Source: Octopus sinensis (taxonomy: Eukaryota). From it: a stretch of 64,000 bases of DNA. How positions within the stretch are numbered: position 1 is the first letter of the stretch; each line of letters starts with the position of its first letter. Below, piece by piece: positions 24,901 through 37,765 of the stretch. The stretch covers positions 125,922,001 to 125,986,000 of the forward strand of contig NC_043000.1 of assembly GCF_006345805.1 (NCBI RefSeq). Direction: 5' to 3'. The position numbers and the translations under genes were made by a program. A model generated the notes under the pieces. The model ran no database searches. It worked only from the letters and a program-made list of their open reading frames with translations, and was not told where the DNA came from.

Positions 24901-26050
24901 AATTTCACATTTAATTGTGGTGCTTAATGTGTTGCCTTGTAGCAGTTTCATTGCACTTCCATAACATCAACATTCTGAATCCAAGTAAAGAGAATGGTTT
25001 CTTGTTTAAAGATTCTTGTTGGAAAAGAAGCAGGTTGGAATGTAGAGTTAGAAAAAAGAACTTACAAACAAAACACGAAAACAAGGTGGAGGAATCATTA
25101 AATAATTCTAAATGAATTATAGAAATTAAGGTCAATGCTGTCTCTGTAGAAACTGAAAACATTACTCAAGACTTAGACTTATTTAACTTCTAAATCTGAG
25201 ATTTCTTTAACCAATAAATCTGAAATTTATTTAATTTCTGGATTTCAAGATATATACTAACACCTAATATGGTTATGGTCTACCTGTAAACTTGTAATTG
25301 TTTAAAATAACTCATTAAAAACTAATGATGATGTATTCTAAAGTAGTTTCCCATTCCCTCTGTTGCTACTACTTCTAAAGATAAGTTTTAGAAAGACAAC
25401 TGTCATTCCTGAATTTACTAATTTGTACAAGTAACATTTGTCACCAGGAAAGTCAAAAATAGATTGCATTCTTTAATGAGTGGTTGTCATGAGGAATGAT
25501 TCATCCATGTCTGATGCAATTTCTAGTTAGTTGTTCTTAGCAGGGAACATTTTCAAAGAGTACAATAGATCCAAGTATCTCAGAATCCAACTCACCAAAC
25601 AATAGCATCAAAACACTAGTTCAATGTATTTAAGAATTTTGTTTTATTTGTCTTAGAATCATGTTTTGTTTTGTTTTCCATTTTCCTTCTTCTAAAAACT
25701 TTTACAATAGTTATTAAGTTTTTCCACAAAGTTCTTCTTAATACTCGATTCTATCCTTACAGTTTTTATATTTTATCTTTTTAACAGAGCTTCTTGTTTC
25801 AAATATCAAAGAATGAGATGTACTAGAATTATTTAATTTATATGGCAACTAAATAATTAATACTTTTGATTAGAATTCACTGATTGCTGAATTAGCTTTG
25901 CTCATAATCTTCAAATGAACGTTTGATCGCCATGTGTTTTTTTCTGTTTTTGTATTCTTCCTTTTTTTTTTTTTTGTTACTGGTATATTTCTGAATTCAG
26001 GGTTGTCTTGGTGAAGATACTACTGTTTGCATTTGTCTTTTATTCAACAG

Positions 26051-26187
26051 GAGCATACACTGGTTGGCCGCACCGATGCTGCTGTTCAACAAGATATTCA
26101 CCTCAGTGGCCTGGGAATCATGCCAGAGCACTGTATTGTGGACTTTGAAGGCAATGACGTCTACCTCACACCTCTTGAAGGAGCCAG
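26051..26187 (+). CDS. KIF13A/B: Internal coding exon of a kinesin-3 (KIF13A/B, Khc-73-like) gene: N-terminal part of the FHA domain
   Basis: Acceptor tcttttattcaacAG ends at 26050 and donor GTaaat starts at 26188. The 137 nt (phase 0-2) encode EHTLVGRTDAAVQQDIHLSGLGIMPEHCIVDFEGNDVYLTPLEGA(R), which matches the kinesin-3 FHA signature (EHTLIG...DIQLxGxGIxPEHC...LTP). It splices in frame to 43529. Confidence 0.95.
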
Positions 26188-27616
26188 GTAAATCACCTTT
26201 AACACTACTACCACTGCTACTACTATATTTTTGTGTCCTGAATGTTGGATTTCATTTGGGGTGCTATGCATTCTTTAAGACGAATTTGGTCATAACAGCA
26301 ACAGAAGACATCTATTCTCATTATCACAGGTATTTGGTTCCACAAAACACCTGTGATAAATGAAATACAGAATATATAAATTAAAATGCTTGTAGTTGAA
26401 GCAGAATCTTTGATGGATCACCAGTCTGTGTTATCACAGATCACTCCCTGTTAAGCATAACACAGTTTGCAAATAGTATACCATGTTGCCCTTGATCAGT
26501 GATGAATGAATCAGTGATAAAGGAGACTAAATATATGATTGGTTATATGAAATTTCTTAATAAGATATTCAGTCTTTGGAATCTTAAATGTCATGTTTTA
26601 CAGTTGTAAGATTTTCAAATGTTTATGTCTACATTCTCTTTGAATTACTTCCATCACCTATCGCCATCTGGTGTCTTAATATTAGATCTTCTTTTTCTTT
26701 CTTTCTTTCATTTTTTTTTTACTTGTTTCAGTCATTAGACTATGGCCATGTTGGGGCACAGCCTTGAAAAATTTTAGGTGAATGAATCAACCCCAGTACT
26801 AAATTTTTTAAGCCTGGTACTTATTCTATCAGTCTCTTTTGCCAAATCGCCAGGTTACAGGGACATAAACACACCAACACCACAGACACAAAGACTCACA
26901 CACATATATTGTATGTATATATGATGGGCTTCTTACAGTTTCTGTTTACTAAATCCACTCACATGACTTTGGTCATCCTGAGGCTATAGTAGAAGACACT
27001 TGCCCAATGTGCCACTCATTAGGACTGAACCTTGAACCATGTGGTTGGAAAGTAAACTTCTTACCACACAGCTATGCCTACACTGTACACACTGATATTT
27101 TAAAATAAGTTATCCATTAGACTTCCGATTCATATATGTAGTTCCCGGTTCAAATCCATCCTGGCACTATCTACACATCCAGGAATGAGACAACTGATGG
27201 CCATAGTGGTTGAAACCAATTTGAACATAGTGGAGATGTATATGCTAAAGATGGTGCTAATTGTCTGGAAAATGGTCTGATAATTTTATTAACTCAACCT
27301 CAACTCAGACATTTCAATAAATGTCCTCTTTGAGAAAAGTATCATAATTTAGAACTAATTTTCACATTACCTAATCACAATCATATTTAATATTCTTAAC
27401 TCGGGAATGTTGACATTAAGTAACTATGGGAAACGCTCTTTACTCTTTCAGTGATATTTTTGTCAGAGAATCATTCTGAGGTGTTCTTTAGTCACTGTAT
27501 CCTAATCATGGCCAAAAATGAGGAATTTATCCCTAAGCACTTCTTAATGCTCTTATAAGCCCATATTCCACCCTTCTCAATTGATGAATATTGCTTTCAT
27601 ATATTGAAGAGAAAGG

Positions 27617-27668
<52 letters not shown>

Positions 27669-30274
27669 CAACAGTTTTCAGTTCTTCCTGAAAAATAAAA
27701 GCATCCTCTTTTGATTAGCTTAATTTATTTCATTAACAGGTTCCAGTTAGTGCCCCACCATTCAGATGGGGTTTCCTATTGCCTCTTTTAGCATTCATTA
27801 TTCTGCTACTCGGTACTTTATGGTTTCATACTAGCTATAATAAAACCATCTGTTCATCCAATTCTATTCTCTCCCTCCTCCCTCTTCACTCCTTTCTGTC
27901 TCCTCCCTCTGCACTTCTCCCTCTCTCTTTGTGATACATACACACTCTCTCTGCCTCTCACTTTCTCTCTTTGCCACTCTAACCTCCTCTTTCAACTTCC
28001 TTTCTGTATTCCTTTCTTCACCTCTTTCCCTCTCATCTTTCTCTCTTCCTCTTCCCTTCTGTGTTTAGATTGTTCTGCTTTCTCATCAATTACCTGCCTT
28101 CATGCCATTCACAATGTTGCATAAATCACCTTTTCTCCTTCTACTGAATGTAATTTATAGTTCCATGGCTTAGTAATTAGAATATTCAAACCTTTGGCAG
28201 GCCTTAGGTTGTGACCATGACTATGGTTCAATGCACTGCTAGCCTCAGTCTACCTAGCTGAAAACAGTGTGCCACTTTGGAATTGAACGGTTCTTATTCA
28301 CAATGGCATCCATCTGTAAAAATATATATTTCAAGAAATTTGTAACTCACGCATGGTTGTGTGGTTAAGAAGTTTGCTTCCCAACCACATGGTTTCTGGT
28401 TCAATCCCATTGCACAGCACTTTTGGGCAAATGTCTTCTACTGTAGCTTTGGGTCAACCAAACCTTGTAAGATGGAAGCTGAAAGAAGTTCTTCATAAAA
28501 GTGATGGTGGTACTCCAGCATGGCCACAGTTTCTGGCTGAAGCAAGTAAATTGAGGAAATTTGTAAATTCATTCTTTGGGCATGGTTATGTGGTCTAGAA
28601 GTTCACTTTGCAACCGGGTGGTTTGGTTTTAATCCCACAGTACAGAAAGTGTCTTCTGTCATGACATTGTGCCAGCGAAAGCCTGTCAGAGAAATTCAGT
28701 TGATGGAAACTGTATAGAAGCCTGTTAAAAGCTTGTTCTTATTTTCTATCTGTTGTTTTGTTTAACATTGCCTCCTGGCTCTTTGATGCCTTTTGTGGAG
28801 TCCACTTTGTTGTGAGACTCAAGCAACTATCCGGTCTGAGAATAACAATTAATAACTATTATGTTCCTTCTCACTAAGACAGAAAAATTGGCAAAGTTGT
28901 TAGGGTGTTGGATAAGATACTTCACAATGTTTTGACTCTCTGCATTCTGAGTTCAAATTCCACTGGGGTCAACTTTGCCTTTTGTCCTTTCAAGGTCAAT
29001 AAAAGAGGTGTCAAGCCAGAGAAGTGAACTGACAGAACTGTTAGAGAGTCAAGCTGGCAAGATGTATTGTTGTATCTGTCCTGGTCCTTTGCATTCTGAC
29101 AATAATGCATGCAATGAATTGTGTTAAGCTGTATTGGCTGAAATAGGTGACCTTTTCCTTGAATACATGTCTGTGTCTTGGAAAGGAAAGATTTGCATGT
29201 ATGGGAAATTGCTAGTCTTCCTAAAGAAAAAAATTTGGTTCAGGCTTGCATGTTCAGCCTTGACTAACAGAGGCCTTACTTTCTCTTCTTCCTCTGAATA
29301 AACTTAACCAGACAAAATTTTTTAATAAAACTTAGCATGTCCAACTTAATATATTATCTCTTGTATATATATATAATATATTATCTTCCATTTTATCTTC
29401 AACAATATGGTGCCTAGATATTTGAATAGCTGAGGCTGTGCAGAAAGCACTTGTGCTGGTGCCACATAAAAAGCACCCAGTACACTCTGTAAAGTGATTG
29501 GCATTAGGAAGGGCATCCAGCCATAGAAACCATGCCAAAACAGACAATTGGTACCTAATACAGCTCTCCAGCTTCCCAGCTTCTGTCAAACTGTCCAACC
29601 TATGGAGAATGGACATTGATGATGATGATGATGAGTTCTTTAATCAGTGGTTAAGACATTTGCTTCACAAACTTTGTGGTTTCAGGTTCATTCCTCCTGT
29701 GCACCTTTTGCTTTAGCCTCGGGCTAACCAAGGCTCTTGAGTGGAATTAGTAAACTGAAACTGTTTGAAAGCCTCTGTGTGTGTGTGTGTGTGAGCACAC
29801 GTGCTTGTGTGTGTGTATGTCTTGACATAAAGATGGTATAATTGTTTGTATTATTGAGCTGTATGTCATTCTAAAAGACCAAAGGAACTTTTATCTTACT
29901 TGGAAACAAGCGAGCATTGGTGACAGAAAGATAACTGGATGTAGAAAATTGCCTTCATAATTCTTGTCTGACTCATGCTAGACTGGAAAAAGCAGACATT
30001 AAAATGATGAAGAGGAAGACAACAAATACTAACTTTATGACACTAATACTGTCTATTCAATTAAGATGCGATATACTTACGTTATCTTGTTTTATTGTAA
30101 GCTGTATAAAACGAATTCTGAATTTGTGATTATGAGTGCCTTGTTGTTTAGCCCAAGGTCATCCCTATTTGAGCAGAGCTATAATCAATGATAGTCCAAC
30201 CATGATCATCTATTCTTTTTTTTTTACTATACATAGTGTATCTGGGATTACATCCTTCCCTTTTTTACTATTCT

Positions 30275-30660
30275 TTTATTCTTTTACTTGTTTCAGTCAT
30301 TTGACTGTGGCCATGCTGGAGCACCGCCTTTAGTCGAGCAAATTGCCCCCAGGACTTATTCTTTGTAAGCCTAGTACTTATTCTATCGGTCTCTTTTGCC
30401 GAACCGCAAAGTTACGGAGGCGTAAACACACCAGCATCGGTTGTTAAGCGATGTTGGGGGGACAAACACAGATACACAAACACTCACACATATATACGAC
30501 AGGCTTCTTTCAGTTTCCATCTACCAAATCCACTCACAAGGCTTTGGTTGGCCCAAGGCTATAGTAGAAGACACTTGCCCAAGGTGCCATGCAGTGGTAC
30601 TGAACCTGGAACCATGTGGTTCGTAAGCAAGCTACTTACCACACAGCCACTCTTACGCCT
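30275..30660 (-). mobile_element. SINE family B, full-length minus copy; others at ~2355-2766, 2770-3043, 9226-9610, 11140-11758 (split), 19203-19570, 20675-21032, 26717-27082 (-)
   Basis: TTTTACTTGTTTCAGTCATTTGACTGTGGCCATGCTGGAGCACCGCC...CCACTCACAAGGCTTTGG...ACCACACAGCCACTC is the reverse complement of the family B consensus. Confidence 0.88.
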
Positions 30661-31764
30661 ATATTAGTGTGATTTCTAGAGGGAGAGAGGGAAATGTTCT
30701 CTCTAGCTGGTTTATAATTACAAACATTTTGTTTCATTATGGAAAGCCATAGTTTCTTTATTCAGATATATCTTTTGAAATTCTTTAAGCTCTCAGCATA
30801 TGAATGGCTTTTGGTTAATGTTGATTTAAAATTATCCAAACACCTTATCATGAATAAGGGAGTCAATTAATAAACTACCTGACTCATTGCTTCATTTCAC
30901 AATTAAATATATCTTCATGCATGAAATGCTAGCAAAATCTGTATTTGGTTTCAGAATGCTTGAGCCGTGCCAAATAACAGTAGAACCAGAACAGCCAATC
31001 AGACAGCAATTAGAATGATTATCATAGTTTTGTTGTTGTTGTCTATCTTCCGTTATTTTATTCTATCTGTATTCCTTTTGAAACACAATCTGTAAGTCGT
31101 TCATTAAATATTCTCTCTGCTCTTCTTGTGAAATAACTATTTGTTTTGCATTTATTACTTCCTTCAACTTTGTACAAAACTTCACATTTCATTATCACTG
31201 GTTTATTATATTCTGCGTTTAGAAAATGTCACTTTAGAACGCTATTCTCATATATCTAATAAATCTCAAGTTCTGCCAGTTTCTAGTTTTAATCTAATAA
31301 AATTCTTTAATGATTCGATTCCTTCCCCCTTTACATTCAGATATAATTTAAACTAGCCTCAGTTCGCTATAATAATTTCCTGGAGATATCCTAAAATTCA
31401 TTTATGCCAAACCAGGATTTGATCATTAATTTCATTTCTATCTTGTACAAACTCATCCACAATTTCTCAAAACATTTTCATATCAAATTTAGACAATAAT
31501 ATCTGTTATGACATCTCAGAAATCATATTTGAATCATTAAGTTTATAATTTCGTTTCTAACATTTTTTGAGAGTGTCATGAATGTAATTATATATCTAAT
31601 TAGTAGATAAATTTTAAATAAATTTTTTTTTTAAGTTTCAGTTAATTTTTTTTTAAAAACTTCTGCAACTCAAGACTTTCGTATAAATAAACAAAACAAA
31701 CTTTTTACATGTAGTATATTGTTGTTGTTGTGGGTTGCCAACAGAGAAAAACAAATATTTCTAA

Positions 31765-31813
<49 letters not shown>

Positions 31814-31816
31814 TCA

Positions 31817-32011
31817 AAGTTGCAAGCTAGCAGAATTGTTAGCATGCTGGATGAGCAGTATTTTGCTCATCACTCCATTCTGAGCTCAAATTCTGCCGAG
31901 GTCAACTTTGCCTTTCGTCCTTTCAGGGTCTATAAATTAAGTACTGGGGTTGATGTAATCAACTGATCTTGTCCCCCAAAATTTCAAGCCTTGTGCCTTT
32001 AGTAGAAAGGA

Positions 32012-32042
<31 letters not shown>

Positions 32043-32056
32043 CATTATTATTATTA

Positions 32057-32108
<52 letters not shown>

Positions 32109-32343
32109 GGCAGGGAACTGGCAGAATTGTTAGTATGCCAAGTAAAATGCTTAGTGGCATTTTATCATCTTTATGTTCTTAGTTCAAATTCTGCCACGGT
32201 CGAATTGTCTTTCATAATTTCAGGGGGGTCAGTAAAGTAAGTACCAGTTGATCACTGGGGTTGATGTAATTCACCTAGCCCACTCCCCAAAATTGCTGGG
32301 CTTGTGCCAAAATTTGGAACCATTATTATTATTATTATTATTA

Positions 32344-32374
<31 letters not shown>

Positions 32375-32587
32375 AGGCAGGGAACTGGCAGAATTGTTAG
32401 TATGCCAAGTAAAATGCTTAGTGGCATTTTATCATCTTTATGTTCTTAGTTCAAATTCTGCCACGGTCGAATTGTCTTTCATAATTTCAGGGGGGTCAGT
32501 AAAGTAAGTACCAGTTGATCACTGGGGTTGATGTAATTCACCTAGCCCACTCCCCAAAATTGCTGGGCTTGTGCCAAAATTTGGAAC

Positions 32588-32633
<46 letters not shown>

Positions 32634-33290
32634 TCTGCCTTAGCGAAGGTGAAGGTATTGTTTTCAGTTGTGTTTGTTTGTCCATAGACAAAATATCTCA
32701 AGAACCGTTTGATGGATTCAGATTAAACTTTCAGGGATGTTTGGCCTTGTGACTGGCACAAACTGATTAGATTTTGGGATCGATCTAGTACCAGACAAGG
32801 ATTCTGGATTATTTTTCCTGGGTTTCTTTTTGATTAATTTTTGAAAGCGGTCAGATTCATTTTTAGTATTCTTGTTTGTGAGAGCAGTCAAGTTTATTTC
32901 AGATATTCTCATTGTAAAAATCATCCCTGGCTAATCATTGAGAGGACGTTAGTATTGCTTTAGCAGAGGTTTGCACTTTCTTAGTGCTCTTATTATTACT
33001 ATTATTATGGTTATGATTTTCATTATTATTATTATTGTCTTGATCATTATTATTATTATTATAAAAATGTGATGGCAGAATTATGATAGCTTTCGATAAA
33101 ATGCTTAGTGGTATTTCTTCCAGTTCTTTACTTGCTGATTTCAAATCCTGTTGAGACTAACTTTGCCTTTCATCCTTTTAGAGTCAATAAAATAAGGTTT
33201 CCAGTCAAATACTGGGGCCAACATAATCAATTGACTCTCTAACTCTGAAATTGGTGGCCTTGTACTAAAATTTGAAACAATTATTATTAT
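31817..33290 (+). mobile_element. Cluster of four head-to-tail SINE A copies (31817-32010, 32107-32321, 32374-32588, 33070-33290) separated by (ATT)n, with a HINE inserted
   Basis: Four copies of the AAGGCNGNGAGCTGGCAGAAT-type head and central domain. Copies 2 and 3 read as identical by eye. Confidence 0.85.
32626..32991 (+). mobile_element. Helentron-associated non-autonomous element (HINE/DINE-like)
   Basis: The 5' end TTATTACCTCTGCC is followed by a nearby inverted GGTGAAGGT. The 3' subTIR GCAGAGGT (32963-32970) is followed by the stem-loop GCACT-TTCTT-AGTGC (32973-32987). It is inserted into a T-rich (ATT)n tract. Confidence 0.75.
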
Positions 33291-33499
33291 TATTATTATT
33301 TGTCTTTATGGATAGCTGTTAGTATAATACTGAGAATATATTGTAAGATAAATTTGCAATTACTTTATATACCCTGCCTGTGAAATGTTGTTTGTTGTAC
33401 AGTTTGGCATGAGTCAGGAAGCTCTGGAAGTCTTTTAAATAAGAATGTCTAGGAAATATTAGAAATAGAGACACATACCTCTAAATGAGACATTAGTTA

Positions 33500-33655
33500 T
33501 TGTCCAGCTGTAGGTTAGCTCTGATCATGCAGAGACTATGATCAATGACATTCTTAACATGACCATCTCATTTTTACATTTTAGGCTAAGGTATGAGTTG
33601 AAGGGGGATTTAGCTGCTATTTCTAGCATGGCAAGCAACCACTTCGAGGCACCCT
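33500..33655 (-). repeat. Unclassified dispersed repeat family E; other copies near 14046-14260, 20430-20500, 36290-36660, 58125-58310 (+) and 18980-19070, 30140-30260, 57815-57990 (-)
   Basis: Recurrent motifs GCTAGAAATAGCAGCTAAATC, GATGGTCA.(A/G)GCTGGAATG and GGGCTAAACAACAA appear in diverged form. Confidence 0.6.
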
Positions 33656-35908
33656 CAGTGCATTAGTTGTAACTTTGGCCAGAGGTGGTTTCAATGCAAG
33701 AAATGTGAGTTAGAATAAAGAAGAAAGATATATTTATTAAAAGATTTGCTGTCGAATCAATTACCTGTTGAATACTAATTGTGGATAGAGGTAGTAAAAC
33801 TAGATTAAGATTGTTCAACCATGTTGCTTTAAGGTGGAGACTTTAAGGTGGTGGTCATAGTTAGAGAGGTATTTGCAAATTATGTAAGCTTTCAGTTGAC
33901 TACAGAAACCCATATTGGACTGAATTCTATGAAAGACATATGGACAGTACTATAATAAATTATATCCTATATATATTTGTGTGTGTTTATATCTGTTTAA
34001 GAATTCATTATTATCATCATTATGATTATTGTTATTATTTATGTCCTAATTAGTGTGCATTTATGCTACTTTACAATCTATAAATCTGAAGTGGAGTAGA
34101 TTCTGCTGTTAAAAGCATTCTTGAAATAATGTACATCTTAATATATGAATGTGCTAATGTATTGATTGTGTTTTTCTATGAATGCATACAGCCACTTAGA
34201 TCACTGAATTTAGGGAGCCCATTTGTTGAAGATTTGCTAGGATATCTTAGAAATATTATAAAAGTTCCCAAAGATATCATCCAGTTTTGATCTCAGCCAA
34301 CAAGTGTTCACCTGAACAATTTTCCTATAGACTGGAATCTACTTGTAGACTAAATCTAAATGAATTCCTTGCTGGAATTTCTGCCAATCCTTAAATTGCT
34401 CACAGCATGCTAGTATGAAGCTTGAGCAGTCTCATCTGCTATTCGTTTAGCCCTTTGCATATGTGTGTATGTGTGTGTATAGCTGCATGAGAGTGTGCAC
34501 ATGCAGATGTACACTCCCTCACACACTCTCTTTCTCTCACACACACACACACACAAGTGTAGAGAGAACTAAGGTGAAGAGAAATAATTCAAGTAAATTG
34601 AAGAGTAATAGTTTATCCTTTAAGGATTGAACAGCTGGTTACTGTGAGGTATTGAACCTTCAAATTCACACAGTAAGTAGTTTTATTTATATAAGATACA
34701 AGTGCACTGGCACTTATCAAAGGTTTGATAAGTGCTGATGCATGAAACTTTGGGTTCTTTAGTCACTCCATAACTTCTTCCAATTAAATAAAAAATATAT
34801 ATTCATATGGATGATGATGATGATGAATCTAGTAAATGTTAAAAGTGAAGTATTTTGCTCAAGAATACAATGTGCCACCTGGTCCAGGAATTGAACCCAT
34901 GATCTAATGACTATGATTGCAACACCCTAACCACTAGGCCACCTGCCTTCACAGTTACATGTGTATGAGACCAAAACCAACATTCAGAAACAAAATCTTT
35001 ACTTGTTTTCCCTTTTTGTGATTTATAATCAAAAATTAGAATATTAAAATGTCCATTTACTTTATTTGAAATATTTGCGTCTCACAGCATATTGCAAAAT
35101 GACTCCTGCTGTTAATCTAATCGGTGCAAGCAGGGCATTGAAAAAAAAATTCGTTTTTTTTTTATTTTGTAGCATTTATTAGATATATTTCTGGAAATAT
35201 TCACTTTATATTCCTGTCTACATTTATTAATTATTAAATATTAATACATATAATATTGTTTTGTGTGCTATTTCTTTTTCCTGAGAAAATTGTGAATGTC
35301 TGTCTCATTTTTGTTGTCTTTTTCTTTTTTTTTCTCCTCTATAATCAATCATTACATTGACTTTTATGTGACCAATGCAATAATTTAGAATGAATTAGTG
35401 TAAATCTGAGTAGGAGACAGTTTGAATATGCTCAGAAATCACCTGAGAATTTCCGATGCCCGATGTTGGTTTAGAGAGAAAAATACAGTCACTAAATCAG
35501 ATAAAGAATTGTTGATGTCCAGTCATTTGATTGTTATCAGTTTAGTTGTGCAGCAAATAAAACATTGGACTGAACTAGCCATACCTGATCAAACAGTTTT
35601 CGTTCTGTGTATCACGTAAGCACTAGAAGATAGATATAGAGATGATGAGGATCATCATCATCGTCATCATCATTTATCATTGTTGCTCTGGTCAACTCTT
35701 TTGGCTCCATGCTATAACTAATCTTTCTCTCCAATCATATCAATATTTACCATTACTTTAGCCGAATCTTCTATTTAAGTCACGATATATCTGATGCTAC
35801 TTAACTGCTTACAGACTTTTTTCTTTGCTATTCTTCTGTAATTCCATACTGCTGTAATTGAAACATTTATTACTATTTGTCATTGCATACCTGTGGTGTA
35901 TGTCTGTA

Positions 35909-36037
<129 letters not shown>

Positions 36038-36684
36038 GCTTTCTCATTGTACATTCATACATACTACATACATCCATTCATTAGTAAGTTACTTTACACA
36101 GATGTTTGTATTTTTTTCTCTATGCTGGCATGGTCGGACTGGTCTCACATCTCTTCACCTCCTGCCATGCTGTTTCAATGTCTTGGTACACACAGCAACA
36201 GAAAAGCCTGTCCAACTCGGCTAATTTATATGTCATTTAACGTGGCATCCACAGTTGGATCTCCTTCAGATCACCAACAACTATACAGCATGTACTGGAT
36301 GCATTTCAGTGCACCACCAGCCCTAGAAGATAATGTAGTCCAGGGTACACTTTTACTGGAAAATATACATAACAAAAGGTGGTCATGATCAAATGGGTTT
36401 TAATCACAAGTTTTGCTCAATCAAGGCTGACCTGTGAGTAAACAGCAGCAACACTGAATTATAGGTATATGTTGAGGTGGTATATCTTTCTCCCCTTCTG
36501 TTAAAAGCCTCATAAATAGTAAAATCCTGCTCATTTAATGATCTACCATCTTAAATTGCCTTAAGGACACATTATATCATTTAGTTTTAGTTACTCTTTA
36601 ACAATCAGTGTAGACATGACTCAACACTTGTAAACTTAGGTCATCTAAACAAGGCCAGCACTTTTAAAGGGAAGGATGTGATCG

Positions 36685-36965
36685 ATGCCAGTGACTCCTG
36701 ACTGGCTCCCATGCCAGTGGCACGTAAAAAGCACTATCCAAACATGAGTAATGCCAGGGCTGCCTGACTGGCTCCTGTGCTGGTGGCACATAAAAAGCAC
36801 CCACTACACTCTTAGAGGGGTTGGCATTAGGAAGGGCATCCAGCTGTAGAAACATTACCAGATCAGATTGGAGCCTGGTGCAGCTACTGGCTTTCCAGAC
36901 CTCAGTCAAACTGCCCAACCCATGCCAGCATGGAAAATGGACATTAAACGATGATGATGATGATG
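36685..36965 (+). mobile_element. RTE-type 3' UTR element (family C); other copies near 10490-10620, 13820-14022, 29440-29635, 39915-40150, 41140-41255 (+) and 47430-47620 (-)
   Basis: Shared motifs GGCACGTAAAAAGCACCC, GGTTGGCATTAGGAAGGGCATCCAGC, CAACCCATGCCAGCATGGAAA and a (GAT)n tail are the same as in the 3' UTR of the RTE fragment at 7617-8193. Confidence 0.8.
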
Positions 36966-37554
36966 ATTAGTCACTACCATCCACACCAGCACTTGACTGG
37001 TACTTTATTTTATTGACCCCAAAAGGCTGAAAGGCAAAGATGCCCATCACAAGATTTGAACCCAGAACAGAAAGACCTTAAACTATCTCTGTTAAATAAT
37101 AGTCTGTTTTATAATTGCAAACTTGGAGAGAGGAACATATTTGCTGATCTGAGATTGTGACTTCCACTAGTCCTTATTTTATGTTCCTTTAAAAAAAATT
37201 ATATGCAAAGTTGTCTTTGAACAACTTTGATCTGAACTTAAAATCTAAAGTAAAGTAAAGTTCCTTCTCGAGCCGTATAGACTCATAGCGCCAGTTTCCA
37301 TTGCATATATATTCCCCACCCGAATGAGATGCCAGTCTGTTGAAGGATTACTCATTTTTGCCTAGTCCAGGAACTGAAACCACAATCTTATGATCATGAG
37401 TCCAACGCCTGAATCACCAAGTCATGCACCTCCACCAAAATATGAAGAGGCACGATGAAATGGTAAAAGGCATTTTTTTTATCCAACACTCTACCTGGTC
37501 TATCAATCACCAGCTTCATTGCTATCAATTACCAACAACAAAATAAATATTGAT

Positions 37555-37765
37555 TTCAACTTTTGGCACAAGGCCAGCAATTCCAGGGGAGGGGGTTTGT
37601 CGATTACATTGACCCCAGTGCACAACTGGTACTTATTTTGCCGATCCTAAAAGGATGAAAGGCAACGTTGACCTCTGCAGAATTTGAACACAGAACATAA
37701 AGATGGGTGAAATGCTGCTAAGGATTTTGCCCAGCATGCTAACGACTCTGCCAGCTTACTGCCTT
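37555..37765 (-). mobile_element. SINE family A (minus); further degenerate copies near 4745-4955, 6420-6640, 16980-17130, 36975-37075, 51050-51350, 54545-54730 (-) and 21915-22020, 23510-23690, 28890-29100 (+)
   Basis: Reverse-complement motifs ACTGGTACTTATTTT, GGATGAAAGGCAA.GTTGACC, GAATTTGAAC.CAGAAC, CTAACGACTCTGCCAGCTT. Confidence 0.75.

Noticed and set aside
34710-34735. Perfect 12-bp hairpin GCACTTATCAAA-GG-TTTGATAAGTGC followed by CTGATGCATGAAAC as a hammerhead or terminator
   Set aside because: The hairpin is real, but the core order and stems do not fit a hammerhead. Bacterial-type terminators are irrelevant in this eukaryotic intron.
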